From: Candidatus Enterousia sp.
GTDB taxonomy: Bacteria > Pseudomonadota > Alphaproteobacteria > Rs-D84
DNA length: 64,000 nucleotides
Direction: 5' to 3'
Assembly (NCBI GenBank): GCA_045634865.1
Contig: JAZRBB010000002.1
Location: 129,645 to 193,644, forward strand
Below are positions 10,336 to 19,778 of the stretch, piece after piece (the first letter of the stretch is position 1; every line of letters begins with the position of its first letter). Under the pieces are notes generated by a model. That model did not search any database. It was not told where the DNA came from and saw only the letters and a program-made list of their open reading frames with translations. The translations under genes and the position numbers were made by a program.

Positions 10336-11988
10336 ATGTTAAATAACTTGTATATTTCTAATATAGTTCTGATTGAAAAACTGAATCTGCAGTTCGGTTC
10401 GGGCTTGAATATTATGACTGGTGAAACTGGCGCAGGTAAAAGTATTTTGTTGGACGCATTGGCGTTGGCTTTGGGCGCGCGTTCTGACGTTGGTTTGATT
10501 CGTGCTGGTTGTGATATGGCATCTGTGACTGCGGAATTTGATGATATAAACAGCAGTGTAAAAAACATATTAAATGAAAATGGTATTGAATATGATAACG
10601 GTCTGATTTTGCGTCGTACATTACAGGGTGATGGTAAAAGCAGGGCGTGGGTAAATGATATTCCTGTGTCTATCAAGATTCTAAAACAAATTGGCGATGA
10701 ATTGGTTGAAATTCATGGTCAGTTCGAGAATCACTCTTTGTTGGATGCAACAACACATCTGATGGCGTTGGATGAATATGCGTGTGCGAATAATCCAGAA
10801 TTTGCAAATTTATTGAAAGATATGCGTGTTGCATATAATGATTTGCATGAATCTGAAAAACAATTAAAGCAATTACAAGACTTGTTGGACAAGTCTGAAT
10901 CTGAACGCGAGTTTTTGGAACATAATGTGAGCGAATTGCGTAGCCTAAATCCACAGATTGGTGAAGAAGACGAATTAGCAACCAAGCGCGCACAAATGAT
11001 GGATGCTGAAAAAAATGCGGCAATATTGACTGATGCGGTGGAAGCACTGAAAAATAATGGACAATCATTGGACGAACAGATTTGTTCTGTGGCGCATGTG
11101 TTGGAACGTATCAAGACCGAGCCAAATCCATATTCTGAATGTATTGATAAATTATACGATGCAGCATCTATGGTGGCTGAGGTTTCTGAAAGTATCAAAC
11201 CAGAATCAACAGACACAGATACATTGGATTCTGTTGAAGAGAGATTGTTTGCTATACGTGCGGCTGCTCGTAAACACAGGGTTAGTGCTGATGAATTGCC
11301 GAACAAATTGGCAGAAATGACAGAACAATTAAATGCTATTGATAATTCAGATGCAGAATTAAAGAAATGCAAGAATAAATTGGCGGAATTATCCAAAGTG
11401 TTTAATGATTTTGCTATGCGTGTCAGCAATTTGCGCAAACAGTCAGCAGAAAATTTAAGAAAGCAGATATTGGTTGAATTACCAGATTTGAAATTGGGTT
11501 CTGCGGACTTTATGGTTGATATCACAAAGGGTGAACCGTCTGCGACAGGCACAGATAACGTTGTGTTTATGATTAAAACGAACCCTGGAACACCATTTGC
11601 ACCACTACATAAAATTGCGTCTGGGGGTGAATTATCACGTTTAATGTTGGCTTTGCGTGTTGTGCTGAACAATACAAATAATCATAAGACTTTTGTGTTT
11701 GATGAATTAGACACAGGAATAAGTGGCGCAACTGCCAGTGCGGTTGGTAAAAGATTGGATAATTTGTCCAAAAACGAACAGTTGTTGGTTATAACTCATT
11801 CTGCTCAGGTTGCGGGTTTTGCGGACAAGCATTTCCTGATATCAAAACAGAGTAGTGATAACACAACCTTTACCAACGTTGTTGAAATCACTGGTGATGA
11901 CCGAATAAATGAAATAGCACGCATAATCAGTGGCGCACAAATAACCCCTGAATCAATCGCCACCGCAAAAACATTGATAAAACAATAA
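10336..11988 (+). CDS. recN: DNA repair protein RecN
   Basis: TGETGAGKS Walker A, ASGGELSR signature, FDELD, ITHSAQVA; start taken at MLNNLYI. Confidence 0.96.
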   Translation: MLNNLYISNIVLIEKLNLQFGSGLNIMTGETGAGKSILLDALALALGARSDVGLIRAGCDMASVTAEFDDINSSVKNILNENGIEYDNGLILRRTLQGDGKSRAWVNDIPVSIKILKQIGDELVEIHGQFENHSLLDATTHLMALDEYACANNPEFANLLKDMRVAYNDLHESEKQLKQLQDLLDKSESEREFLEHNVSELRSLNPQIGEEDELATKRAQMMDAEKNAAILTDAVEALKNNGQSLDEQICSVAHVLERIKTEPNPYSECIDKLYDAASMVAEVSESIKPESTDTDTLDSVEERLFAIRAAARKHRVSADELPNKLAEMTEQLNAIDNSDAELKKCKNKLAELSKVFNDFAMRVSNLRKQSAENLRKQILVELPDLKLGSADFMVDITKGEPSATGTDNVVFMIKTNPGTPFAPLHKIASGGELSRLMLALRVVLNNTNNHKTFVFDELDTGISGATASAVGKRLDNLSKNEQLLVITHSAQVAGFADKHFLISKQSSDNTTFTNVVEITGDDRINEIARIISGAQITPESIATAKTLIKQ

Positions 11989-11996
11989 TCACAATT

Positions 11997-12026
11997 AAAA
12001 AATCCCGAATTGTCGGGATTTTTTTT
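11997..12026. terminator. Bidirectional intrinsic terminator
   Basis: aaaaaatcccga-attg-tcgggatttttt. Confidence 0.85.
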
Positions 12027-12435
12027 AATTGTGTTCGTTTTGATGAAATAATTCATAAAATTTACGATAGACTTGCTTTCTGGGGCATTTGCCATGTTGT
12101 ATATTATATGCGCAATCTGATATGCTGTTCACAGCGCATTTAAAACTTTTTTGTTCTTTTCTGGTTACAAAAATAAATACTTTCGCACATATGGACGGTT
12201 TTTTGTCGCCAGTCAGAGATTTTGTTTCAATTGTAGAAGAAAACTCTATTTCTGAAAAGCAAGAATCGTTAACAAATTGTTTTGTTGTTAAATCAAAAGC
12301 CAACTTGTTTAATTCTGAGAAAGTAAAATCGCATGTTGCCAAATGATATAAACAGGAATACGGGAAATTCCATTTGTCTTTGGCATTATTGATAAATATC
12401 AAACAGGTTTCTGTCTTGATTCTTATATCTTCCAT
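12025..12435 (-). CDS. Hypothetical Cys-containing protein
   Basis: 136-aa ORF, upstream TTGACA-N17-TATAAG-like promoter, no recognised domain. Confidence 0.55.
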   Translation of the reverse strand: MEDIRIKTETCLIFINNAKDKWNFPYSCLYHLATCDFTFSELNKLAFDLTTKQFVNDSCFSEIEFSSTIETKSLTGDKKPSICAKVFIFVTRKEQKSFKCAVNSISDCAYNIQHGKCPRKQVYRKFYELFHQNEHN

Positions 12436-12629
12436 ATTATCTGCCTTGATTGTTGTGATCTTTGTGGCATTTGTTGCATGTTTCTAGTACTGTGTTAAAA
12501 GCATGACAGTTGGCACATGTTTCTTATAATACTAAAATCGATAATTGTCAAGTGATTTGTTGAGGATAATAATCAAAAACAAGAAAACAAAAGAAAAACC
12601 CTGAAATTTTCAGGGTTTTTATATAATGT

Positions 12630-13172
12630 TTATTTACATCCTATGCCACGTCCTAATCTAATAGCCCTCAATAATCTTTCTTCTCTTTTCTTATCTTGAA
12701 ACTTGTTCCAAGCAATTTGTGCTTCAAGTTTAGCGTTTTTTTGTTCTGATTCTGCTAATTTTTGTTTGATGTCTTGTATCAGTTGGTTAGGCTTTGATAG
12801 CAATTTTACAATGTTTTTACAGTTATTATAAAGCGCATGTATCTCTGCTGTACGATCCCAATTATCTTTTAAATCTGTCTTTGCACCGTTGTTAATAAGC
12901 GATTTTACAATGCCTATGTAACCTTGACCGGCCGCAAACATCAATGCTGTCATACCTTTTTTATTTTGTAAATTTAAATCTGCACCGTTTTCAATAAGAA
13001 ATTCTGGTACGCCTTTGGGGTCATGATAAATAGCATACATCAATGCTGTCCAACCATAATCATCTTGTAAATCTAAATTTGCATTTTTTACAATATTTAG
13101 CCTTTCTTCTGGTGTTGCAGCATAAAGTGCCCTATACAAATCATAAGGCTTATCAAAAGAATAATCTTTCAT
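12630..13172 (-). CDS. Ankyrin repeat protein with C-terminal coiled coil
   Basis: DDYGWTALMYA, NKKGMTALMFAAGQG, GADLN, DNWDRTA repeats; start after AAAGGA RBS. Confidence 0.85.
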   Translation of the reverse strand: MKDYSFDKPYDLYRALYAATPEERLNIVKNANLDLQDDYGWTALMYAIYHDPKGVPEFLIENGADLNLQNKKGMTALMFAAGQGYIGIVKSLINNGAKTDLKDNWDRTAEIHALYNNCKNIVKLLSKPNQLIQDIKQKLAESEQKNAKLEAQIAWNKFQDKKREERLLRAIRLGRGIGCK

Positions 13173-13288
13173 ATTTTTGTCCTTTTTGTTGTTATCATGC
13201 ACTAATATAATACCTAAAATATAATTTGTCAAGTGTTTCTTGTAAACAATCTAAAAATGACTAAATTTGCAAAAGAAAAAATTGAATT

Positions 13289-13816
13289 TTATCTTGGTTT
13301 AATTTGCTTTGTGTCACGTAATGATTTAAATTTTTCTGTGCTGATATCCTTCCATTTCTTTTTAAGGCAATCTGCACAAGGCTCTGATAATCTTTCAATT
13401 ATTTCATTACATTTATCATATAAATCAATTTTATTTACGTTATAGAATATCATTTTCAAAATAAAATATTGAGAAGTGTTTTCTACAAGTGTTGAAAAAT
13501 TTGGGAAGGACTCATATAACCACGATACATCGCCGGTATTTTGTTGGTTGTGCCATATATCAAAAAGCATCTTGCATTTACAACTTTTGTTGCAACGGTT
13601 GGGTCGAAATTCTTGCATGTCCAGTGAATTGTTATCTTTTATCGGCATAGGGCAATCGCGTTTTAGAACCTTGATATATACATCACACTTTTGCATAGAC
13701 AAACTGTCAGCCTGGGATGTCGTATCAGACAACACCATTTCTTTACCTGTATTTGTGACCACTTTTTCCAGCGTCGCATTTTCAGACAATAATTGACGCG
13801 CTTGTCCATAATTCAT
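13289..13816 (-). CDS. Hypothetical Cys-rich protein
   Basis: ORF with AAAGGA RBS before ATG 13816; CNKSCKC and CADC motifs. Confidence 0.55.
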   Translation of the reverse strand: MNYGQARQLLSENATLEKVVTNTGKEMVLSDTTSQADSLSMQKCDVYIKVLKRDCPMPIKDNNSLDMQEFRPNRCNKSCKCKMLFDIWHNQQNTGDVSWLYESFPNFSTLVENTSQYFILKMIFYNVNKIDLYDKCNEIIERLSEPCADCLKKKWKDISTEKFKSLRDTKQIKPR

Positions 13817-13904
13817 TTTTAATCCTTTTTCTGTATATTTACAGCATTCTCTTGTCTTTGCAAACTGTACCATGCTAGCAATAAAGCACTGTAAAAGCAA
13901 GTTT

Positions 13905-15143
13905 TTATAGCTTTACGGTGTCGTCTGCGAATTCTATGCTGGCTGGTTTTTTGTTTTCAGATGCGCGCGATATGATTGTGCCGGCTTCGTCACGAACAAT
14001 CGCATAACCACGCTGTAATACATTTTTATAACTCAAAGATTTCAACATTTGTTCAGCATGCACAATTGATTGATTTAATGTTTGGAATCTGTTTTCCAGA
14101 ATAATCGGAAAACGTGCCACTAAATCAAGTTTCTGACGTGCATTTTGCATTTTATTATTGATAATCAATCCCATAGTTTTACCCAAATCGTCCAGCCTTT
14201 GTGCCTGTTCCATCAAGACTTGTTTTGGGCTTTTGATATTTACAGTTGCAATTTGTTGTTTCAGATTTATCAATTTGGTTGTGAAACTGGCAGACAAGCG
14301 ATGCGCCAAATTATCCAGTTCTTGAATCAAAGATATTTTTGTTGGGACAACCATTTCTGCGGCACCAGTTGGGGTTGGGGCACGCACGTCTGCTGCAAAA
14401 TCAATCAGCATCCAGTCTGGCTCATGTCCGACACCAGAAATCAGTGGTATATGGCTGGCTGCGGCCGCGCGCACAACAATTTCTTCGGAAAAAGGCAGTA
14501 AATCTTCCAAGGCGCCACCACCACGCGCGACAATAATGACATCTACATTATTCATACGATTAAAATATTCGATACCGGCCGCAACTTCTGCTGCTGCGGT
14601 TGTGCCTTGGACAGTTGCAGGGTACAATAAAACGCGCACAGGAAATCTTTCGCGTAATCTGTTTTGTATGTCTTGAAAGGCTGCGCCAGTCGGACTGGTC
14701 ACCACACCAATGGTTTGTGGGAATTTTGGAAGTGGCTTTTTCTTTGCTGTATCAAACAAACCCTCTTTGGCAAGTTTTTGTTTGCGTTCTTCCAACATTT
14801 TCAATATTGCGCCAACCCCCGCCATTTCAATAGAATTAATTACAATTTGATAATTACTGCGGGCAGGGTAAGTTGTAAAACGACCGGTTACGATAACTTC
14901 CATACCGTCTTCTAACTTGAAATTTACAGGTGTTCCGCGCCAGATAATCGCGTTGATTGCCGTATTTGTGTCCTTGATAGTCATATACATATGACCAGAA
15001 CTGGCCAATGTTATTTGGGATAATTCACCACGAATTCTGATTTCTGGAAAAGCGGTTTCAACTACGTTTTTCAACAATGCAGACGCATCAGATACAGAAA
15101 AAATCATATCAGGTTTTACAAATGGTTCTGGTTTTGGTAACAC
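13905..15143 (-). CDS. xseA: Exodeoxyribonuclease VII large subunit
   Basis: GELSQ..SGHMY, VVTSPTGAA, ARGGG, GVGHEPD, APTPTGAAE; GTG start with RBS. Confidence 0.95.
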   Translation of the reverse strand: MLPKPEPFVKPDMIFSVSDASALLKNVVETAFPEIRIRGELSQITLASSGHMYMTIKDTNTAINAIIWRGTPVNFKLEDGMEVIVTGRFTTYPARSNYQIVINSIEMAGVGAILKMLEERKQKLAKEGLFDTAKKKPLPKFPQTIGVVTSPTGAAFQDIQNRLRERFPVRVLLYPATVQGTTAAAEVAAGIEYFNRMNNVDVIIVARGGGALEDLLPFSEEIVVRAAAASHIPLISGVGHEPDWMLIDFAADVRAPTPTGAAEMVVPTKISLIQELDNLAHRLSASFTTKLINLKQQIATVNIKSPKQVLMEQAQRLDDLGKTMGLIINNKMQNARQKLDLVARFPIILENRFQTLNQSIVHAEQMLKSLSYKNVLQRGYAIVRDEAGTIISRASENKKPASIEFADDTVKL

Positions 15144-15172
15144 TGATCTTTCCTTTGCTTTATAGATGTCAA

Positions 15173-16297
15173 TTATAATTCGGTCAATGGCCAACGTGGA
15201 CGTGGTGCAATTGGTTCTTTCACAACTTTGCCAATTCTGTAATTTTCCAGTCCTGCCCACGCAATCATTGCGCCGTTGTCTGTACATAAACTCATTGGTG
15301 GGGCAGCAAACAGCATATTTGATTGTTTTGCCAGATTTTCCATTGCTGCGCGAATTGCGCTATTTTTTGCAACGCCACCCGCAACCACCATTGTTTTTGG
15401 TTGTGCGATTGTCACGCGTTCGTCTTTTAATGCGTTGTGTAATCTGTTTGTTATACAATCAACAACTGCAGCCTGAAACGAAGCGCAGAAATCGTTTATA
15501 AATTGTTCATCTATATCTGATTCAGATGTTTTATCCAGCATCATTCTGGCTGCTGTTTTTATGCCTGAAAATGAAAAATCACAACCAGGTTTGTCACACA
15601 AAGGACGCGGAAAATGAAAACGTTTCGCGTCACCAAGTTTTGCACGATTATCAACGATTGGGCCACCAGGATATCCAAGGTTTAACATCTTGGCGATTTT
15701 ATCAAAAGCCTCACCAGCACTATCATCTAATGTTTGTCCGATCAACTCATACTTACCTACATTATGAACCAATAATATCTGACAATGTCCCCCAGATGCC
15801 AGCATCAACAAATACGGAAATTCAACATCAATATTTGTTTTGGAATCGCTGGCCGAAGCGGCGCTTAAACGTGGAACCAAAGCGTGTCCTTCCAGATGAT
15901 TGACTGCAACCAATGGTTTGTTTGTCGCATTTGCAATACCTGTGGCAGCCATCCAACCAATTAAAACACCACCAATCAAGCCAGGACCCGCAGTTGCAGC
16001 GATAACATCAATATCATCAATAGTTTTGTTCGCGCGCTCCAACGTCAGTTTTATAACTTCGTCAACAGCCAATATATGTGCGCGCGCAGCCAGTTCAGGA
16101 ACAACTCCGCCGTATTTCTGATGTTCAGGAATTTGGGAATAAATAATGTGTGCCAAAATGTTTTTATCAGAATCAACAATCGCAGCACTTGTTTCATCGC
16201 ATGACGATTCAATACCCAGACACAAAGTTGTTTTGCCTGAATTATTGTGGCTTTGGGTAGCCCCCATATCCATACGAATAATATTATCAGATTCCAT
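15173..16297 (-). CDS. tsaD: tRNA N6-adenosine threonylcarbamoyltransferase
   Basis: LGIESSCDET, GGVVPELAAR, NHLEGH, GEAFDK, CTDNGAMIA. Confidence 0.97.
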   Translation of the reverse strand: MESDNIIRMDMGATQSHNNSGKTTLCLGIESSCDETSAAIVDSDKNILAHIIYSQIPEHQKYGGVVPELAARAHILAVDEVIKLTLERANKTIDDIDVIAATAGPGLIGGVLIGWMAATGIANATNKPLVAVNHLEGHALVPRLSAASASDSKTNIDVEFPYLLMLASGGHCQILLVHNVGKYELIGQTLDDSAGEAFDKIAKMLNLGYPGGPIVDNRAKLGDAKRFHFPRPLCDKPGCDFSFSGIKTAARMMLDKTSESDIDEQFINDFCASFQAAVVDCITNRLHNALKDERVTIAQPKTMVVAGGVAKNSAIRAAMENLAKQSNMLFAAPPMSLCTDNGAMIAWAGLENYRIGKVVKEPIAPRPRWPLTEL

Positions 16298-16298
16298 T

Positions 16299-16670
16299 TT
16301 ATTTTGCCGATTGTTGTTCTGTTTCTGATTCTGACTCTTTAGTAGTAGACGCAGAATTCAATTTTATCCCAGCATGACACAAAGACGCAGCGCTTTGTAT
16401 AATCATATTAGATGATTCAGGTAAAGTTGCGATTTTGTTCATGCATGCCAATAATAAATCTTGATTTTCAATGTTTGGAATTATTTTTTGTAATGTTTCA
16501 ATGCGCTGTAAATCGGTCAATGCAGTCCATTTGCCCATATTAGCATTTTCCAAGGAGCGTTTATGTTTAACAAAGAATCCCAGAAAAACAAACAATACCA
16601 CCAAACCAGATGCGACAGATATCTTGATAAATCTTTTAATTTTCTGAAATTTCGTCTTTTTTACTCGCAT
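16299..16670 (-). CDS. Hypothetical membrane-anchored protein
   Basis: N-terminal hydrophobic helix; tight operon spacing with neighbours. Confidence 0.6.
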   Translation of the reverse strand: MRVKKTKFQKIKRFIKISVASGLVVLFVFLGFFVKHKRSLENANMGKWTALTDLQRIETLQKIIPNIENQDLLLACMNKIATLPESSNMIIQSAASLCHAGIKLNSASTTKESESETEQQSAK

Positions 16671-17023
16671 TTTTCAATCCATACATCATAAGTGTCATCT
16701 TGTAATGGGTTTTGACCAGGTTCATTACGGTTCATCCAGCCACTGAAAATACGTCCGTCTGTTTTTGTATATATTTCAAGAAATACGAAAAAGTTTTCGG
16801 CTTCAAACGGATCAGACTGTTTACAATTACGCACAGTTATGTTCAATCCGTCATATTGAATTGTTTCGCCAACTTTTACTGGTACAACTTGGGTTTTCCC
16901 AGCGGGTTTATTCATAATACGAACGACAGCCGTTTCTTGTTCAATATATGCAAAAGCATGGTCAATAGAAAATAAAAACAGGGGAACAATAGCAAAACAC
17001 AGTATTTTTATAATGTTCTTCAT
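16661..17023 (-). CDS. DUF2155 domain secreted protein
   Basis: Signal peptide; IFSGWM...YDVW..C motif. Confidence 0.8.
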   Translation of the reverse strand: MKNIIKILCFAIVPLFLFSIDHAFAYIEQETAVVRIMNKPAGKTQVVPVKVGETIQYDGLNITVRNCKQSDPFEAENFFVFLEIYTKTDGRIFSGWMNRNEPGQNPLQDDTYDVWIEKCE

Positions 17024-17049
17024 ATTGTCCCCCTTTGTAATAATAAAGA

Positions 17050-17439
17050 TTATTTGTCTTCGGATTTTACTGCATTAGCAGACAAATCTTCGACAATACG
17101 AGCTTTCTTGCCAGACAATCCACGTAAAAAGAACAATTTCGAACGGCGAACTTTACCAGTACGAACTTTTTCAATTTTTTCGATTGCAGGTGTGTATAAT
17201 GGGAATTTGCGTTCTACACCAACGCCATAAGATTCGCGACGTACAGTGAAAGAGGCGTTGTTTCCGGTTCCGCCATCGCGTGCAATAACTACACCTTCAA
17301 ATAACTGAATACGGAATTTGTCCCCATCTTTAATTTTTACATGAACCTTAACAGTATCACCAGCCTTGAAATCTGGGATATTTTTGTTGCTTTTCAGTTT
17401 AGCAATTTGTTCTTGTTCAATTTTTTTAATAATGCTCAT
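17050..17439 (-). CDS. rplS: 50S ribosomal protein L19
   Basis: [30 protein letters not shown]. Confidence 0.98.
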   Translation of the reverse strand: MSIIKKIEQEQIAKLKSNKNIPDFKAGDTVKVHVKIKDGDKFRIQLFEGVVIARDGGTGNNASFTVRRESYGVGVERKFPLYTPAIEKIEKVRTGKVRRSKLFFLRGLSGKKARIVEDLSANAVKSEDK

Positions 17440-17440
17440 T

Positions 17441-18115
17441 TTATTTTTCCTTTATTAAATCCGGACGACGTTCTTTTGTTATTTCGTCCGATTGTTGTTT
17501 CCGCCACCGTTCGATATTGCCATGGTGACCGGACAGCAGGACTTCTGGGACTTGGTGTCCACGCCATACTGACGGACGGGTGTATAATGGCCATTCAAGC
17601 CCGCCGATTTCGAAACTTTCATTTTGGGTGGATTCTGTTCCACCGCCTAATACATTATCCATCAGGCGAACCACACTGTCAATAAAAACTTGTGCAGCGA
17701 TTTCGCCCCCAGATAACACATAATCGCCAATAGATAATTCTTCGATATTATATTCATCGATAACTCGCTGATCAATGCCTTCATACCGACCACAGAGCAG
17801 GGTGATTGTATCATATTTCAAATAATCATGCACCATTTTTTGATTCAAGGTTTTACCACGTGGTGAAAAGAATATAATTTTGCCGGGCTTTTTAATTGAA
17901 TCAATTGCGTTGCCCAGAACATCGGGACGCATAACCATGCCTGCGCCACCACCGAATTGTTCATCATCAACACTGCCGTAATCATTGATAGCAAAATCGC
18001 GAATATTAACAGTATCATATGACCATATTTTTTTATCCAAAGCACGCCCCACGACACCTTCACCAAGTGTGCCTGGAAACATTTCTGGAAAAATGGTCAA
18101 TATATTAAAGTGCAT
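17441..18115 (-). CDS. trmD: tRNA (guanine-N1)-methyltransferase
   Basis: [35 protein letters not shown]. Confidence 0.98.
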   Translation of the reverse strand: MHFNILTIFPEMFPGTLGEGVVGRALDKKIWSYDTVNIRDFAINDYGSVDDEQFGGGAGMVMRPDVLGNAIDSIKKPGKIIFFSPRGKTLNQKMVHDYLKYDTITLLCGRYEGIDQRVIDEYNIEELSIGDYVLSGGEIAAQVFIDSVVRLMDNVLGGGTESTQNESFEIGGLEWPLYTRPSVWRGHQVPEVLLSGHHGNIERWRKQQSDEITKERRPDLIKEK

Positions 18116-18125
18116 ATGTTTGTTT

Positions 18126-18593
18126 TTATTGTACTGTTATGGTTTTGTTTTTGGTGTCAACCAAAGCCCCAACAAAAGACACCATTTCGCCATTGTTTAA
18201 TTCGATTATATCGCCACCGCCAAAGTTCTGAAAACCGTCTACAATCCCGATTTTGATACCATCTTGGATGACAGTAAAACCGATCAAATCATGTTGATAG
18301 AATTCGTTTTGTTTCAACTCTGGTAAATCAGAACGCATAATAAACAATTCTGTACCACGCAGATTCTCCGCACCAGTGCGATCAGACACTGTGTCAATTT
18401 TTGCAATGACCATATTGGATTTCTGATTCTGGACACGAACAAAATGAAATTGTTCTGGTGTGAATGTGTCAGAAATAATACGAAATGTCCTAAAATCATT
18501 TGGGTTGTTGGAAAAACTTTGGATGCGAAATTCACCACGCAACCCTTGGGGGGCTACTATTTTTCCAACCAAGATTTTATCGTTTGTGTTCAT
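18126..18593 (-). CDS. rimM: Ribosome maturation factor RimM
   Basis: VGKIVAPQGLRG, EFYQHDLIG; position between rpsP and trmD. Confidence 0.95.
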   Translation of the reverse strand: MNTNDKILVGKIVAPQGLRGEFRIQSFSNNPNDFRTFRIISDTFTPEQFHFVRVQNQKSNMVIAKIDTVSDRTGAENLRGTELFIMRSDLPELKQNEFYQHDLIGFTVIQDGIKIGIVDGFQNFGGGDIIELNNGEMVSFVGALVDTKNKTITVQ

Positions 18594-18645
18594 ATCGCTA
18601 TCAAATTACTTGGCGGTTTCCCGCCAAGTGTTATTTGCAAAATTA

Positions 18646-19143
18646 TTATTCAGCAGTTGCTTCTGTTGTTGCTTCAGATTCTGTAACTGGTGCTTCTTCG
18701 GCGACAGGTGCAGCGGTTTCTTCTACTGCTGGTTGTTCAGCGGGTGCTTCTGCGGCAGCCTTGGCTGCAGCTTCTGCTGCTGCTTTTTCTTCGGCTATTT
18801 TTGCCAATTTTTCTGCTTTATCTTTGGCTTTCATCTGTGTCTTTTCAGATGGTTGATTTTTCTTTGTCTGATTTGGAATTGGTTTGGCAGATACTAAACC
18901 AGCCTTGACCAAGAATTTATAAACGCGGTCAGATGGTTTTGCGCCTTTGGCCATCCAAGATTTGATTTTTTCAATATCCAAGATTACACGTTTTTCATCA
19001 TCTTTGCTTAACATCGGGTTGTATTTACCGACTGTTTCCAATATAGAACCAGAATTACGCGCGTTGCGTGAATCTGTCACAACGACATGGTAATAAGGGC
19101 GTTTTTTTGCACCATAACGTGCCAATCTGATAACTGTTGCCAT
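18646..19143 (-). CDS. rpsP: 30S ribosomal protein S16 with Ala/Glu-rich tail
   Basis: [27 protein letters not shown]. Confidence 0.98.
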   Translation of the reverse strand: MATVIRLARYGAKKRPYYHVVVTDSRNARNSGSILETVGKYNPMLSKDDEKRVILDIEKIKSWMAKGAKPSDRVYKFLVKAGLVSAKPIPNQTKKNQPSEKTQMKAKDKAEKLAKIAEEKAAAEAAAKAAAEAPAEQPAVEETAAPVAEEAPVTESEATTEATAE

Positions 19144-19393
19144 AATTTTGCTCCTTGTTTTTTTTATATTTTAAGTTATCTGTTTTCCCCGAAACTGCAC
19201 ACAAAAAACGCCATCAAGAGCGAAAACTCGCCGGTTGATGTTCCTAGTGCTACCACACTCAGGTTTAACGTTCATAGCAATCTTTGGGATTTGCAAGCTT
19301 ATTATGAACTAAAAATCCCAGAAAGTCAAATATTTGTTAAATTTTTTGTCTGGACATTTGTCGTATTAAAATATAGAATACAAACACGAGATT

Positions 19394-19467
19394 GCGGGCA
19401 TGGTATAATGGTAGCACGAAAGCTTCCCAAGCTTTAGACGAGGGTTCGATTCCCTTTGCCCGCACCA
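19394..19467 (+). tRNA. tRNA-Gly(CCC)
   Basis: Cloverleaf: gcgggca/tgcccgc acceptor, aaagc-ttCCCaa-gcttt anticodon arm, GGTTCGATTCC T-arm, encoded CCA. Confidence 0.95.
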
Positions 19468-19634
19468 AAAATTCAACCGGCTTTTGCCGGTTTAATTTTT
19501 GTCTTGCAGACACGGAAGCGAACCCGGTAAAGAGGGGGCGACTATGAGTAAGTGAAAACGAGCAAATGCGAAGTTTGAACGCTAACGAATGCCACGCAGG
19601 CATTTATGCCGAGTGATTCCCTTTGTCCGCACCA
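19448..19634 (+). repeat. tRNA 3'-end direct repeat bracketing a 167-bp unit
   Basis: gattccctttgcccgcacca (19448-19467) vs gattccctttgtccgcacca (19615-19634), one mismatch. Confidence 0.8.
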
Positions 19635-19750
19635 CCAATTTTCGTTATTGCGCGCGAAGCGCACAATTAAGAAAATTGAGTGTCGCGCCGTAGCGTTGGC
19701 CATAATTACACCATTGACTTAGTGTTTTATCGGCGAAGATGAACAAAACT

Positions 19751-19778
19751 AATAAGACCGGCAAAAGCCGGTCTTATT
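19751..19778. terminator. Intrinsic terminator
   Basis: aataagaccggc-aaaa-gccggtcttatt at the 3' end of the 775-aa gene. Confidence 0.8.

Noticed and set aside
10731-11672. 313-aa antisense ORF in recN, and other shadow ORFs
   Set aside because: They lie opposite well-supported genes and reflect codon bias; no recognisable motifs
19184-19293. 5S rRNA or TPP riboswitch
   Set aside because: Lacks the 5S CCGAAC/GATGGTA motifs and the TPP CTGAGA element; only a superficial ACCTGA match
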